Positions 48,337-57,866 of a stretch of 64,000 nt of DNA are shown here, one piece after another. The stretch covers positions 29 to 64,028 of the forward strand of contig JAUNJC010000001.1 of assembly GCA_030523195.1 (NCBI GenBank), written 5' to 3'. The DNA is from Oscillospiraceae bacterium (GTDB taxonomy: Bacteria > Bacillota > Clostridia > Oscillospirales > Ruminococcaceae). Made by a program: the position numbers and the translations under genes. The notes beneath the pieces are model-generated. The model was not told the DNA's origin, did no database searches, and was given only the letters and a program-made list of their open reading frames with translations. Position 1 is the first letter of the stretch. The number at the start of each line of letters is the position of its first letter.

Positions 48337-49347
48337 TTACCCAATGGCATTCCAAATTGTTATCGCCAACAAACCGATCACACAAACTACAGTGACAGGT
48401 GCTGTCAAATACACCAGTGCCTTCCTGCTGCCGCTTACCTGTGGAACGGTATTTTCCAACCGGAACGTTTCCCGATGCTTTACCAATTCTATTATGAGCA
48501 AAATAAGTCCTGTTATCATGAAACCGATTACCACCATAACCATGATACCAATCACAGCAAAATTTCCGATGTGTTCCATCAAATGAGAAGGATTCATATA
48601 ATCAGGATCGCTGATGTCAATTCCGCTGTATGCAACAGACTGAATGGCACCAATCAAATTCATAATGAAATGCACAGCCATAGCAGGCAAAACGGAACGT
48701 GTTTTTGCAGTCAGAAATGCCACGCAAACGCCCAACATTGCTGCATAAATAATCTGTGCATAGTTGCCATGCCACAATCCAAAGAAAATTCCAGTCATCA
48801 CCACGGCAAACCATCCGCCAAACCGTTCGGTATTGCGGAACAGCGTTGCACGGAACAACATTTCTTCAAAAATGGGTGCTAAAATTGCAAATGCAAAAAA
48901 ATTGGTCAGATAGCCAAGCCAGTTTTGTTCCGCTACCATAGAAGGTGCATGTAACTGCATACCTGTCAGCATTTGAAGGATATTAAAAAATATATTACTA
49001 AAAAAGGTTGTTGCATAAACCAAACCCAACGAAATCAGACACCAGCGTATACATTGCCCAGCCGTTGCCTGTGGTTTATGATAGCTGTCTTTTAATTTCC
49101 AGCCGATTTTTTTCCCAAGAACCGCACGAAAAATCAACAGCAGTATGGGTACAACGATAACATACTGAAAGAGAAAAACACAAATCTGATTGCACGCTAT
49201 GTAATATGTTCCAGTTTTATCCATAATTTGCGGCAGAAGTAACCGTATCACAAATGCACCGCCGAATACCAATGCATAAAATAATATCAGCAAAAGCGAG
49301 TTCACATTCGACGCTTTTCGTAACGCTTTTTTGAAATTTTGTTCCAT
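48337..49347 (-). CDS. CPBP (CAAX/Abi) family intramembrane metalloprotease
   Basis: PIFEEMLFR, FGLWH, HFIMN; many TM helices. Confidence 0.92.
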   Translation of the reverse strand: MEQNFKKALRKASNVNSLLLILFYALVFGGAFVIRLLLPQIMDKTGTYYIACNQICVFLFQYVIVVPILLLIFRAVLGKKIGWKLKDSYHKPQATAGQCIRWCLISLGLVYATTFFSNIFFNILQMLTGMQLHAPSMVAEQNWLGYLTNFFAFAILAPIFEEMLFRATLFRNTERFGGWFAVVMTGIFFGLWHGNYAQIIYAAMLGVCVAFLTAKTRSVLPAMAVHFIMNLIGAIQSVAYSGIDISDPDYMNPSHLMEHIGNFAVIGIMVMVVIGFMITGLILLIIELVKHRETFRLENTVPQVSGSRKALVYLTAPVTVVCVIGLLAITIWNAIG

Positions 49348-49356
49348 AACTTAACT

Positions 49357-49965
49357 TTAATACTCCTTTTTTTCCATTAATTTTGTAGAACAGAAAATCG
49401 AAATCGGCAATATCAGCAATACAGCTGCAAACATAGCAACCAAAGCAATCCCATTCATATTAGGTATATCAATTTCGGCACCACTTAACAGACCAATTGT
49501 ACCGCCAAATCCACCACATAGAATCATGAAAACAATTTTTCCCTTTTGATAACCAATCTTATAGTATAGCGGCAACAAAATACATTGCATTACAATCCCA
49601 CACAAAATAAAAAACAAACAATTACCCAGACGTGTGACATCCTTCGTCAACCAAAACAAAATGATACCGCAGCACATATATATAAGAAAAGAAATTACAA
49701 TTAGCAAAATATATTTTTCGAATACCATTTGTTTCCGGCTGCATGGCAGAGAAAGCAGCCATGGCAATGTATTTTCCTGTTGTTCCTGTGCCAATGCAGA
49801 ACAAGGGATCAACGTGAAAAAAACAGGCATCATCGTCATAAAGTTCAACGGAAAAAGATCATTTCCATCTTGCATTGCAAGAATCAGAAAAAAAACAAAT
49901 ATCGCACTCATCATGCCAAATTGCATGCGTAACATTTTAAAATCTTTCCAGATGAGACCAAGCAT
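49357..49965 (-). CDS. ABC-2 type transporter permease
   Basis: MLGLIWKD, LSLPCSRKQMV.EKY, about 6 TM helices. Confidence 0.85.
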   Translation of the reverse strand: MLGLIWKDFKMLRMQFGMMSAIFVFFLILAMQDGNDLFPLNFMTMMPVFFTLIPCSALAQEQQENTLPWLLSLPCSRKQMVFEKYILLIVISFLIYMCCGIILFWLTKDVTRLGNCLFFILCGIVMQCILLPLYYKIGYQKGKIVFMILCGGFGGTIGLLSGAEIDIPNMNGIALVAMFAAVLLILPISIFCSTKLMEKKEY

Positions 49966-49978
49966 AATCTATCCCTCC

Positions 49979-50617
49979 TTAAAAATCTTTTTTCTGATGT
50001 TGCAGAATACTGATGCTAATCGAAACAAGATGCAGAATCACAAGAAGAACTGCCGCAATGACAAGGAGAACAGAGCCCGAAACAGGCAGACTTTTTTCCA
50101 ATTGCTCTCCCCATTCTGAACCACCAATGCAGATCAATGCTCCGAGAATAAAAAGAACAATGGCAGAACGCTGTGCCCCCAGCCAAATAGAAAGTGGAAT
50201 ATAAATCGTATTAATCAACAAAATAATGCCAACAGAGAATAACACCATTTCCACGCCATCTTGCAGAACAATAGATAATAGTAAGGCATAAATACCAACC
50301 ACAACGGCACAAATCCATGTGACAATATAATTGACCAGTGCAGTTTGTTTCCGTGTAACAGGAAGGATCAGTAACAAATCCACATTCTTTTCCTGTTCTT
50401 CTATTTGCAGCATAAAAACAGGAATCATAGCGGAATAGATAGAAAGGAATCCAATGGCAAAACCAAAATAATAGTGATCCATCGTTTCGTTGTTGTTGGT
50501 AGCCGTACAAACAATTCCTACCACTAACACGACTGCCGCTGTAATCAACAGCACCCATGTCAATGCTTTGAACTGTTTCCAGAGAACCCGAAAGCGATAC
50601 CAGAGCAGTGTACTCAT
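49979..50617 (-). CDS. ABC-2 type transporter permease
   Basis: LPVTRKQ....Y motif, about 6 TM helices, coupled to the ATPase gene. Confidence 0.8.
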   Translation of the reverse strand: MSTLLWYRFRVLWKQFKALTWVLLITAAVVLVVGIVCTATNNNETMDHYYFGFAIGFLSIYSAMIPVFMLQIEEQEKNVDLLLILPVTRKQTALVNYIVTWICAVVVGIYALLLSIVLQDGVEMVLFSVGIILLINTIYIPLSIWLGAQRSAIVLFILGALICIGGSEWGEQLEKSLPVSGSVLLVIAAVLLVILHLVSISISILQHQKKDF

Positions 50618-51471
50618 TTTGCATTTCCTCCTGCATATTTGGTCAGAAAAATCATAATGTCCTCAATACCAACTGGTTCTGCCTGTACAGAAGATGGCAA
50701 CATCTCTCGTTTACAGAGCAGTTCAATATGATATGGTGTATCCCGTTTACCGCAAATCGCTTCCGCTGGCAAACGCTTTGCTGCTTCTGCACTGCATTGC
50801 ACCATACAGTAAGTATCCAGCAAAGTATCCCGTTCCATACTAAACAGTAGCTTTCCCTGATGCAAGAATGTCACATAATCGCAGATTTTTTCCAAATCGC
50901 TGATAATATGGGAAGAAATCAGTACAGCGTGTTCCCCATCGCTGACAAACTCCCGGAATACATCCAAAATCTCTTCCCGTACCATCGGATCCAATCCGGC
51001 AGTCACTTCATCCAGAATCAGCAAAGTAGGATGGTGAGAAAGGGCTGCGGCAACTGCAAGCTTTTTCTTCATGCCCATAGAAAACTCTTTAAACTTTTTC
51101 TTCTCTGGCAGTTGAAAGCGTTCTATGTATTTCCAATATAAATCAGAGTCCCAGTTGGTATAAATTCGTTTCAACATCTGATTGACATCGCTGGTATGGA
51201 AACTCTGTGGGAAATTAGCAGTATCCAATACCACACCGATTTTTTGTTTCAAGTCTGCATTTTCCTTGCTGGCATCCTGCCCCAGCAGCAAAATCTGACC
51301 ACTATCCGGATGTACCAAATGCAGCATGGATTTCATCACAGTTGTTTTTCCTGCTCCGTTTTCTCCGATAAATCCCATGACATAGCCCATAGGCAAGCTA
51401 AAACTCACATCTTTCAGTTGAAACTTTGAATATTGTTTGCATAAATTTGTCAATTCGATTGCGTATTGCAT
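50614..51471 (-). CDS. ABC transporter ATP-binding protein (YtrB-like)
   Basis: GENGAGKTT, FSMGMKK, LILDE, SSH. Confidence 0.95.
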   Translation of the reverse strand: MQYAIELTNLCKQYSKFQLKDVSFSLPMGYVMGFIGENGAGKTTVMKSMLHLVHPDSGQILLLGQDASKENADLKQKIGVVLDTANFPQSFHTSDVNQMLKRIYTNWDSDLYWKYIERFQLPEKKKFKEFSMGMKKKLAVAAALSHHPTLLILDEVTAGLDPMVREEILDVFREFVSDGEHAVLISSHIISDLEKICDYVTFLHQGKLLFSMERDTLLDTYCMVQCSAEAAKRLPAEAICGKRDTPYHIELLCKREMLPSSVQAEPVGIEDIMIFLTKYAGGNAK

Positions 51472-51848
51472 GATGGTTCCTCCTCAAAAATCATATCCAG
51501 CATTTCCTGTAACTCCACTTTCGAAAGGCCACAGCCTTTCGAAAGTGTCACAATGGCTTCCATATGTTCCTCAATTTGCCGCAGCCATTCCTCCCGCAGC
51601 ACTTCCATATTTTTTCTTGCAACAAATACACCTTTTCCAGCAATAGTATAGACAAAGCCATCCCGTTCCAGTTCCTCATAAGCTCGTTTTGTAGTAATAA
51701 TACTAATGCGTAATTCCTTCGCCAGACTACGAATAGACGGCAGTATGGTATCTTCTGTCAAGGCACCACTGATAATTTGTTCCTTAATCTGTTGATAAAT
51801 TTGCTGATAAATCGGTGTAGCGGTATTATTGCGAATCATCAGCTGCAT
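51450..51848 (-). CDS. GntR family regulator, YtrA subfamily
   Basis: PIYQQI, LPSIRSLAKEL.IS..T.KRAY.ELE, GKG.FV, short C-terminal domain. Confidence 0.92.
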   Translation of the reverse strand: MQLMIRNNTATPIYQQIYQQIKEQIISGALTEDTILPSIRSLAKELRISIITTKRAYEELERDGFVYTIAGKGVFVARKNMEVLREEWLRQIEEHMEAIVTLSKGCGLSKVELQEMLDMIFEEEPSCNTQSN

Positions 51849-51865
51849 GTACATCCCTCCTTGTC

Positions 51866-51908
51866 TACCGTGTATATACAGTATATACGGTAATAACAGT
51901 TCTGTCAA
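51866..51908 (-). promoter_or_regulatory. Promoter and palindromic operator of the YtrA-like operon
   Basis: TTGACA-N17-TATACT overlapped by TACCGTGTATA-N5-TATATACGGTA (51866-51892). Confidence 0.8.
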
Positions 51909-51947
51909 TAGGATTCCGCTATGATTTACAATTTGTTCAAAAAAATA

Positions 51948-51981
51948 TGCGTTCCACTGGCAGCTACTTCGTGGAACGCAC
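51948..51981 (-). terminator. Terminator after ctpA
   Basis: TGCGTTCCAC...GTGGAACGCA with a T-run on the minus strand. Confidence 0.7.
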
Positions 51982-51988
51982 AATATTT

Positions 51989-53173
51989 TTATTTTATTTT
52001 TGCATCCAGTAATTCCATTGCCTGTTTCAACTGTGCATCATGGTCTGGATCGGGATGGTTAAAATCAATGGTTTCGTAATCTTCTTTGATCACCACATCG
52101 GGCGTAATGCCAACACCATGATAGCATTCCCCTCGTGTGGTCTGATAGGTAGCAACCGTCAATGTGACTGCACCGCCATCTTTCATTTCTACGGTATTCT
52201 GCATAATTCCTTTGCCAAATGTCTGCTCTCCAATGACTTCGGCTTTTTCAAAATCCTTTAAAGAGGCAGTAAACAATTCTGCGGCACTTGCTGTATTTCC
52301 ATTCACCAATACCATCATGGGCAGCTGCAATTCATTTGCATCCGAATGCACCAAAAGCTTTGTTTCTCCGTTGTTATATGTTGCTGTTGCAATATCGCCC
52401 TCCGGCAATAACGGATCTATCACTTTTTCCAATGCGGCAACCAGTCCGCCGCCATCTTCCCGCACATCGAATACCAGTGCTTTCGCACCGTTTTTCAACA
52501 AGTTTTGCAAAGCTGTTTGAAACTGTTCCACTGTATTTTCCTTAAATGATGCAATCCGAATATAGCCAATCTGGTTTTCCAGCATCACACCATAAGCAGA
52601 AATCACTTCGATCTCCTGTCGCTGCACAGTCTTCTTCCATTCCGTTTCGCCACGCTGCACTGTTAGTTCTACACTGGTACCTGCTTCACCACGTACATGA
52701 TTCACTGCCTCCTGATAGCCAAGGTCGACAACTGTCTTGCCATCTACACCAGTAATGACATCATCTACTTGCAAACCCGCTATCTTTGCTGGTGACGAAT
52801 CTTCTACAGAAACAACCTGCAAACCGCTGCCATCCTCTGTCAACGTAACCGTAACACCAATACCAACGGAAACACCTGCTTCATTGCTCTGCCATTGCTG
52901 ATATTCTCCTGGCGTCAAATAGCCGGAATATGGATCTTCCAATGCACCAACATAACCTTTCAAAGCACCATCCATCAGCGTTTCCATATCCACCTTATCA
53001 TAATAATCCGACTCCACAACTTGCTGTAGATTTTCCAACCGTTCGCAATCTCCCAAAGCCGCTTGCGTTGCTTTTAACGCCATTCCCAGCCGATAAGCCA
53101 ATAAGCTCATGCACAATGCAAACGCAAGCAAGACGCCGATGAACAACCGCTTCCAAAAGCTGCTCCACTGCAT
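51989..53173 (-). CDS. ctpA: S41 C-terminal processing peptidase
   Basis: DPYS, PDZ domain (GIGV...SPA..AGL), D.R..GGG, TASAAE, TFGKG, G.GITPD. Confidence 0.92.
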   Translation of the reverse strand: MQWSSFWKRLFIGVLLAFALCMSLLAYRLGMALKATQAALGDCERLENLQQVVESDYYDKVDMETLMDGALKGYVGALEDPYSGYLTPGEYQQWQSNEAGVSVGIGVTVTLTEDGSGLQVVSVEDSSPAKIAGLQVDDVITGVDGKTVVDLGYQEAVNHVRGEAGTSVELTVQRGETEWKKTVQRQEIEVISAYGVMLENQIGYIRIASFKENTVEQFQTALQNLLKNGAKALVFDVREDGGGLVAALEKVIDPLLPEGDIATATYNNGETKLLVHSDANELQLPMMVLVNGNTASAAELFTASLKDFEKAEVIGEQTFGKGIMQNTVEMKDGGAVTLTVATYQTTRGECYHGVGITPDVVIKEDYETIDFNHPDPDHDAQLKQAMELLDAKIK

Positions 53174-53284
53174 TATTCTCTCATTCCTTTCTAAAAAACA
53201 GAGCAGAACGACTGTTTTTAGTCCCCCTGCTCTGTCCTGATATCATATTCTATTCCAAAATAACCGTTTTATGTCGTCTTCTAA

Positions 53285-54922
53285 TTAGTACAAATAACTG
53301 CTCGGATCCACACGGCTGCCATTGACACGAATTTCAAAGTGCAAATGGTAACCTGTAGACCAACCAGTAGAACCAACGTAGCCAATTACATCACCTTGGC
53401 TCACCTGCTGTCCATAAGACACATTTACAGATGCCATATGTCCATATACAGTGGAATATGTACCGTCATGCTCAATAATGCAGTAGTTGCCATAACCGCC
53501 GCCGCATCCGCAGCTGGAACTCTTACCATAGTTATGGCTGCATCCGTTGCTCACATAGATAACAGTACCACTTCTGGATGCTACAACTGGTGCACCGCTG
53601 ATACCGCCGCCTGCGATATCAATTCCGCCATGGTTACTGCCCCAACGAGAACCATAACCACTGGAGATATAATAGAAACCTGGGACCGGCCATGCAAACT
53701 GCGACTCATTATACGGTGCAGACGTTGTTGCCACGGTTGTGGTGGTCGTTTCCGCAGTCGTAGTCGGTGCAGTGGTTGCAGCCGTTGTCGTAGTTGTGGT
53801 GGTTGCTTCTGTCTCCGGCTCAGTTTCCGGCTCTACGAACTCCGTTGTAGTAGTTGTAGTCGCCTCTGTTGTCTCCACTTCCTCATACGGAGCAGTTGTT
53901 ATTACTTCTGCCTCTGTGGTCGTGGTAACCACTGTCGTTTCCTCTGGTACCTCTTCCTCTGACCAATCTGTAGCCGTCGTAGTGGTAGTAGAAGTCGTAA
54001 TTGCTTCTTCCTCATCTGTTTCTACAGCCATAGCGGTTGTTGTGGTCGTGGTAGTAGTTGTTGTCGTGGTCGTCGTTGTTGTGACGGTAGTCGCACGAGC
54101 TGCTTCCTGTGCTTTGCGGATCGCAGATTGAATTTGATCAGACTCTGCATCCTTTGCTGCGTTGTCTGCTTCCAATGCATGAATATCTGCATGGATAGAA
54201 GATTCTTCTTCTGCCAGACGGGCAGCTTCTTCTGTAGACATTGCATAGTCATCCTGCAACTGCTGCAATGCGGCTGCAAATTCTTCTTTCTTCTGCTTTT
54301 CAGAAGTCTTCTGCTCTGCAAGTGCATTTTTTTCCTCTTCTAAAGCCTGCTGTTTTTCTTCGCAAGTTTTCAGCTTATCCTGCAAATCAGAAACCAACTC
54401 ATTATCATGCTTGGCAATTCTGGACATGAGATCGTACTTGGAAAGAAAATCATAGAAATCTGTAGAACCAACCAGTGCGGATGCAAGGCTATCATTGCCC
54501 TGTACATACATTGCACGCAACCGCTGCTTAAAAGCTTCCAGATCATCTGCAATTTCTACATTCAATGCTGCGATCTCATTCTTTAAATCGCAAATTTCCT
54601 GTTCTTTTTCGGTAATTGCGTCTTCCAGACGAGTCAATTCCTCATCCACAATCTGCAAATTGGACTGCTGCAAAGCAATTTTCTCTTCCAAAGCCTTTTG
54701 GAAGTCTGCCTGTTCCTGCTGATCACTGCCCAGGCTTTCCAATTCCTTTTGCTTTTGTGCAATCTTATCTGCATTTGCTTGCTTTTCGCTCTGCAATTCT
54801 GCTAATGTCATCGCCGAAACCGGAACCGATGTCATGCTGACACCGCCATAAACACCAGCCGTCAAAATTGCACCGCAAAGTACAACAGATAGGAATCGCT
54901 TCATCCATTTTAAACGCATCAT
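53285..54922 (-). CDS. Coiled-coil + M23 peptidase peptidoglycan hydrolase (EnvC/CwlO-like) with a long Thr-rich linker
   Basis: Signal peptide, coiled coil (RLRAMY..G), HGGID (HxxxD), YGH, HLH; directly downstream of ftsX. Confidence 0.9.
   Translation of the reverse strand: MMRLKWMKRFLSVVLCGAILTAGVYGGVSMTSVPVSAMTLAELQSEKQANADKIAQKQKELESLGSDQQEQADFQKALEEKIALQQSNLQIVDEELTRLEDAITEKEQEICDLKNEIAALNVEIADDLEAFKQRLRAMYVQGNDSLASALVGSTDFYDFLSKYDLMSRIAKHDNELVSDLQDKLKTCEEKQQALEEEKNALAEQKTSEKQKKEEFAAALQQLQDDYAMSTEEAARLAEEESSIHADIHALEADNAAKDAESDQIQSAIRKAQEAARATTVTTTTTTTTTTTTTTTTAMAVETDEEEAITTSTTTTTATDWSEEEVPEETTVVTTTTEAEVITTAPYEEVETTEATTTTTTEFVEPETEPETEATTTTTTTAATTAPTTTAETTTTTVATTSAPYNESQFAWPVPGFYYISSGYGSRWGSNHGGIDIAGGGISGAPVVASRSGTVIYVSNGCSHNYGKSSSCGCGGGYGNYCIIEHDGTYSTVYGHMASVNVSYGQQVSQGDVIGYVGSTGWSTGYHLHFEIRVNGSRVDPSSYLY
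53715..54100 (-). repeat. Low-complexity Thr/Glu-rich coding tract
   Basis: Runs of ACN codons, e.g. TTVTTTTTTTTTTTTTTTTA. Confidence 0.85.
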
Positions 54923-54938
54923 ATACTGTTTCCTCCTT

Positions 54939-55844
54939 TTAGACATTCAGATGTTTTCTCATAGACAAGACGCTGCCCAGTGCACCAAACAGCACACCAA
55001 TACCAATATAGGCAACTGCAACAATGCCGGCAACTTGTCCGAACGACATAATACTATTCCTGCCGATGACAGAAACAATATCGGTCTGCTGCGTGACAAG
55101 GTTGACAAGAGAATCATAGCTGACCCATGTGATCACAAACGCCACACAGCCGGCAAGGAATCCTGTCACCATGCCTTCTACGAAAAAAGGAATCCGAATG
55201 AATGCATTGGTCGCACCAACATATTTCATAATCTGAATCTCGGAACGTCTTGCAAACACACTCGCTTTGGTGGTATTTGCAATGATGACAACGGAGATAA
55301 TGATAAGTGCAACAATAATGACACTGCACACAACCGTAATAATCCGCCGCAGTTCCATCAACAAATTTACAAAATCCATCGGTGCACGAATGGAATAGAT
55401 ATGATCCAGAGTTTCAATCTGGACAATGGTATCTTCAATCCGGTCGATGTCTTTCACCCGAAGGCGATACGCATCCACCAAAGGATTGTCATCTCCAAGA
55501 GAATCAAAAAGCATTTGATAATCATTCATACTGGCTTTCAAATCTTCAAACGATTCTTCTTTGGAATAAAAATTGACATCTGCAACGTTGTCAATCTGGC
55601 TCAACTGTCCCTTTAAAACGCTAATCTGTTCCTCTGTCGTATCCTCATTCAAATAGACAATAATTTCGTTTTTATCCTCAATACCGCCCACCATAGAAGA
55701 GATATTGATATAAAACAGCGTTGCCACGCCGACCAGCAGCAGAGAAACCAACAGGACACAAAATGAGGCAAACGCCATCATTCGGTTTTTCCAGATATTC
55801 TCCACACCCTGACCAGCCAAATACTTTAAGCCACTAACTTTCAT
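54939..55844 (-). CDS. ftsX: Cell division permease FtsX
   Basis: 4 TM helices, I.NT, RR.EIQIMKYVGAT..FIRIPF.VEG. Confidence 0.95.
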   Translation of the reverse strand: MKVSGLKYLAGQGVENIWKNRMMAFASFCVLLVSLLLVGVATLFYINISSMVGGIEDKNEIIVYLNEDTTEEQISVLKGQLSQIDNVADVNFYSKEESFEDLKASMNDYQMLFDSLGDDNPLVDAYRLRVKDIDRIEDTIVQIETLDHIYSIRAPMDFVNLLMELRRIITVVCSVIIVALIIISVVIIANTTKASVFARRSEIQIMKYVGATNAFIRIPFFVEGMVTGFLAGCVAFVITWVSYDSLVNLVTQQTDIVSVIGRNSIMSFGQVAGIVAVAYIGIGVLFGALGSVLSMRKHLNV

Positions 55845-56523
55845 GAATTAAATTGCCTCCAACTACTTCATCAAACACAATCCGCCCTTGCTGAATTGTA
55901 ATAATCCGCCCACCAAAATAACGAACCAAACTATGCTCATGCGTCACCATCAGAATCGTGGTACCGCATTCGTTAATTTCTCGCAGCAGATCTACAATTT
56001 CATAGGAAAGCTCCGGATCAATGTTACCAGTTGGTTCGTCTGCAATAATCAGTTGGGGATCGTTTACCAGTGCTCTTGCAATGGCAACACGCTGCATTTC
56101 ACCACCGGATAACTCATTCGGATAATTTTTAGCCTTATCCTGCAATCCAACCAGATCAATGACATAAGCAACACGTTTTTTGATGTACTGCGTTGGTGCA
56201 TCAATGACACGCAACACAAATGCAATGTTTTCATATACCGTCATGGACGGAATCAGACGGAAGTCCTGAAAGACAAAGCCAATCGTTCGCCGTAAAGCCG
56301 GCACCTGCCGCCGTTTCAGTTTTCCAAGATGGTAGCCGTTAACGAAAACCGTACCGCTGCTTGGGTTGATTTCCTTGAGAATCAGCTTAATCATGGTACT
56401 TTTTCCCGCACCGGACGGCCCAACTACAAACGCAAAGTCACCATCATTGATTTTCAGGTTAACATTATGCAGCGCATCGACACCGCCGGAATACACGACA
56501 GAGACATCTCTCATTTCCACCAT
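55834..56523 (-). CDS. ftsE: Cell division ATP-binding protein FtsE
   Basis: GPSGAGKST, LRR.IG.VFQDFRL, LSGGE.QR, ADEPTGNIDP. Confidence 0.96.
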   Translation of the reverse strand: MVEMRDVSVVYSGGVDALHNVNLKINDGDFAFVVGPSGAGKSTMIKLILKEINPSSGTVFVNGYHLGKLKRRQVPALRRTIGFVFQDFRLIPSMTVYENIAFVLRVIDAPTQYIKKRVAYVIDLVGLQDKAKNYPNELSGGEMQRVAIARALVNDPQLIIADEPTGNIDPELSYEIVDLLREINECGTTILMVTHEHSLVRYFGGRIITIQQGRIVFDEVVGGNLIHES

Positions 56524-56567
56524 GTGTACTATACAGTCCTTTCTATGTTCGCTACAGACCGAGTTTT

Positions 56568-57653
56568 TTAAAACTTCGCTGGATTTGCAGACAAATACCG
56601 TTTTACCATCAGTGCAATTTTAAAAATAATTGCATGGTCAAACTCCCGCAGATCCAGACCCGTCAACTTCTTGATCTTTTCCAACCGATATACCAGCGTA
56701 TTCCGGTGTACAAACAACTTTCTAGATGTTTCAGAAACATTCAAATTGTTCTCAAAAAATTTCTGAATCGTAAACAAAGTTTCATGATCCAGTGATTCAA
56801 TACTGCCACGTTTAAATACTTCATGCAAAAAGGTTTCACAGAGCGTTGTCGGCAGATGATAAATCAAACGTGCGATTCCCAAATTATCGTAGCTGACAAT
56901 TGATTTGTCTGTATCGAATACCTTTCCCACTTCCAGAGCGGTCTGTGCCTCTTTGAAGGAACGAGACAATTCTTTAATACTGTCTACAATCGTACCGATA
57001 CCGACATTGACACGGGTATAAAATTCACCGCTGAGTGTATCCGCAATGGAACGTGCCAGCTTTTCCAGATCTTTTGCCTCCACAGTCCCCTTGATTTCCT
57101 TTACCAATACAATATCACACTCTGAAATAGTAAAAACAAAATCCTTATTTTTATCCGGAAAGAGATTCTGGATCACATCATAAGCAGAAACATCATTGAG
57201 AGAGACAATCCGAATCAGCAAAACAACCCGGCTAACCTCTGCACTAAAATGCAGTTCTCTCGCTTTGATCACAATATCTCCCGGCAGCACATTGTCCAAC
57301 ACAACATTTTTTATAAAGTTATTTCGATCATACTTTTCGTCATAATACTGTTTTACATTAAATAAAGCAATTGCAAGAATATTTGCATATTTTGCAGCTG
57401 CATCGTCTACACCCTCTACAAACACAGCATATTCTGGCTTGTTCAGAGAACCAAACGGCTTATAAGTATATCCGTCCCGAATAAAAATATCATGGACATC
57501 ACTCAAATCCAGAGAGACGAACTCATTGGTAGTGCCGACTTTGGTCAGATCACTACATGCAATAATGGTAGCAGTATCATCCACCACACCGACGGTCGCA
57601 TCAATGGTATCCCGCATCTGATGGACAAGCCCCTGAAATAATCGATTCGACAT
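56568..57653 (-). CDS. CdaR/PucR family transcriptional regulator
   Basis: GGDEF-like middle domain; C-terminal HTH NLNVSETSRKLFVHRNTLVYRLEKI...TGLD. Confidence 0.9.
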   Translation of the reverse strand: MSNRLFQGLVHQMRDTIDATVGVVDDTATIIACSDLTKVGTTNEFVSLDLSDVHDIFIRDGYTYKPFGSLNKPEYAVFVEGVDDAAAKYANILAIALFNVKQYYDEKYDRNNFIKNVVLDNVLPGDIVIKARELHFSAEVSRVVLLIRIVSLNDVSAYDVIQNLFPDKNKDFVFTISECDIVLVKEIKGTVEAKDLEKLARSIADTLSGEFYTRVNVGIGTIVDSIKELSRSFKEAQTALEVGKVFDTDKSIVSYDNLGIARLIYHLPTTLCETFLHEVFKRGSIESLDHETLFTIQKFFENNLNVSETSRKLFVHRNTLVYRLEKIKKLTGLDLREFDHAIIFKIALMVKRYLSANPAKF

Positions 57654-57866
57654 ATTGAAACATCCTTTCGTTTTCTATCTTATACCACAACGTAAAACGG
57701 TTTCTTGTCCGTTATTCGAGCATACCGCTCAAATATATTAAAAATTGTAACACAATCAACCGCAAAAAGATATAGACGAATTGTAAAATTTATATTTTTC
57801 ATGAAACTATCACAAAAGAACTGCGACAAACAGGCAAATTTCAATGTTCATGCCGAAAAAGTGTGA

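Noticed and set aside
53715-54100. CRISPR-like or satellite repeat
   Set aside because: Trinucleotide low complexity encoding a Thr-rich linker; no repeat-spacer structure and no cas genes.
57690-57706. cre/LacI-type operator upstream of the CdaR-like gene (GTAAAACGGTTTC)
   Set aside because: Imperfect short palindrome; similar AAACGGTTT strings occur elsewhere in the window, so it cannot be supported without a PWM.
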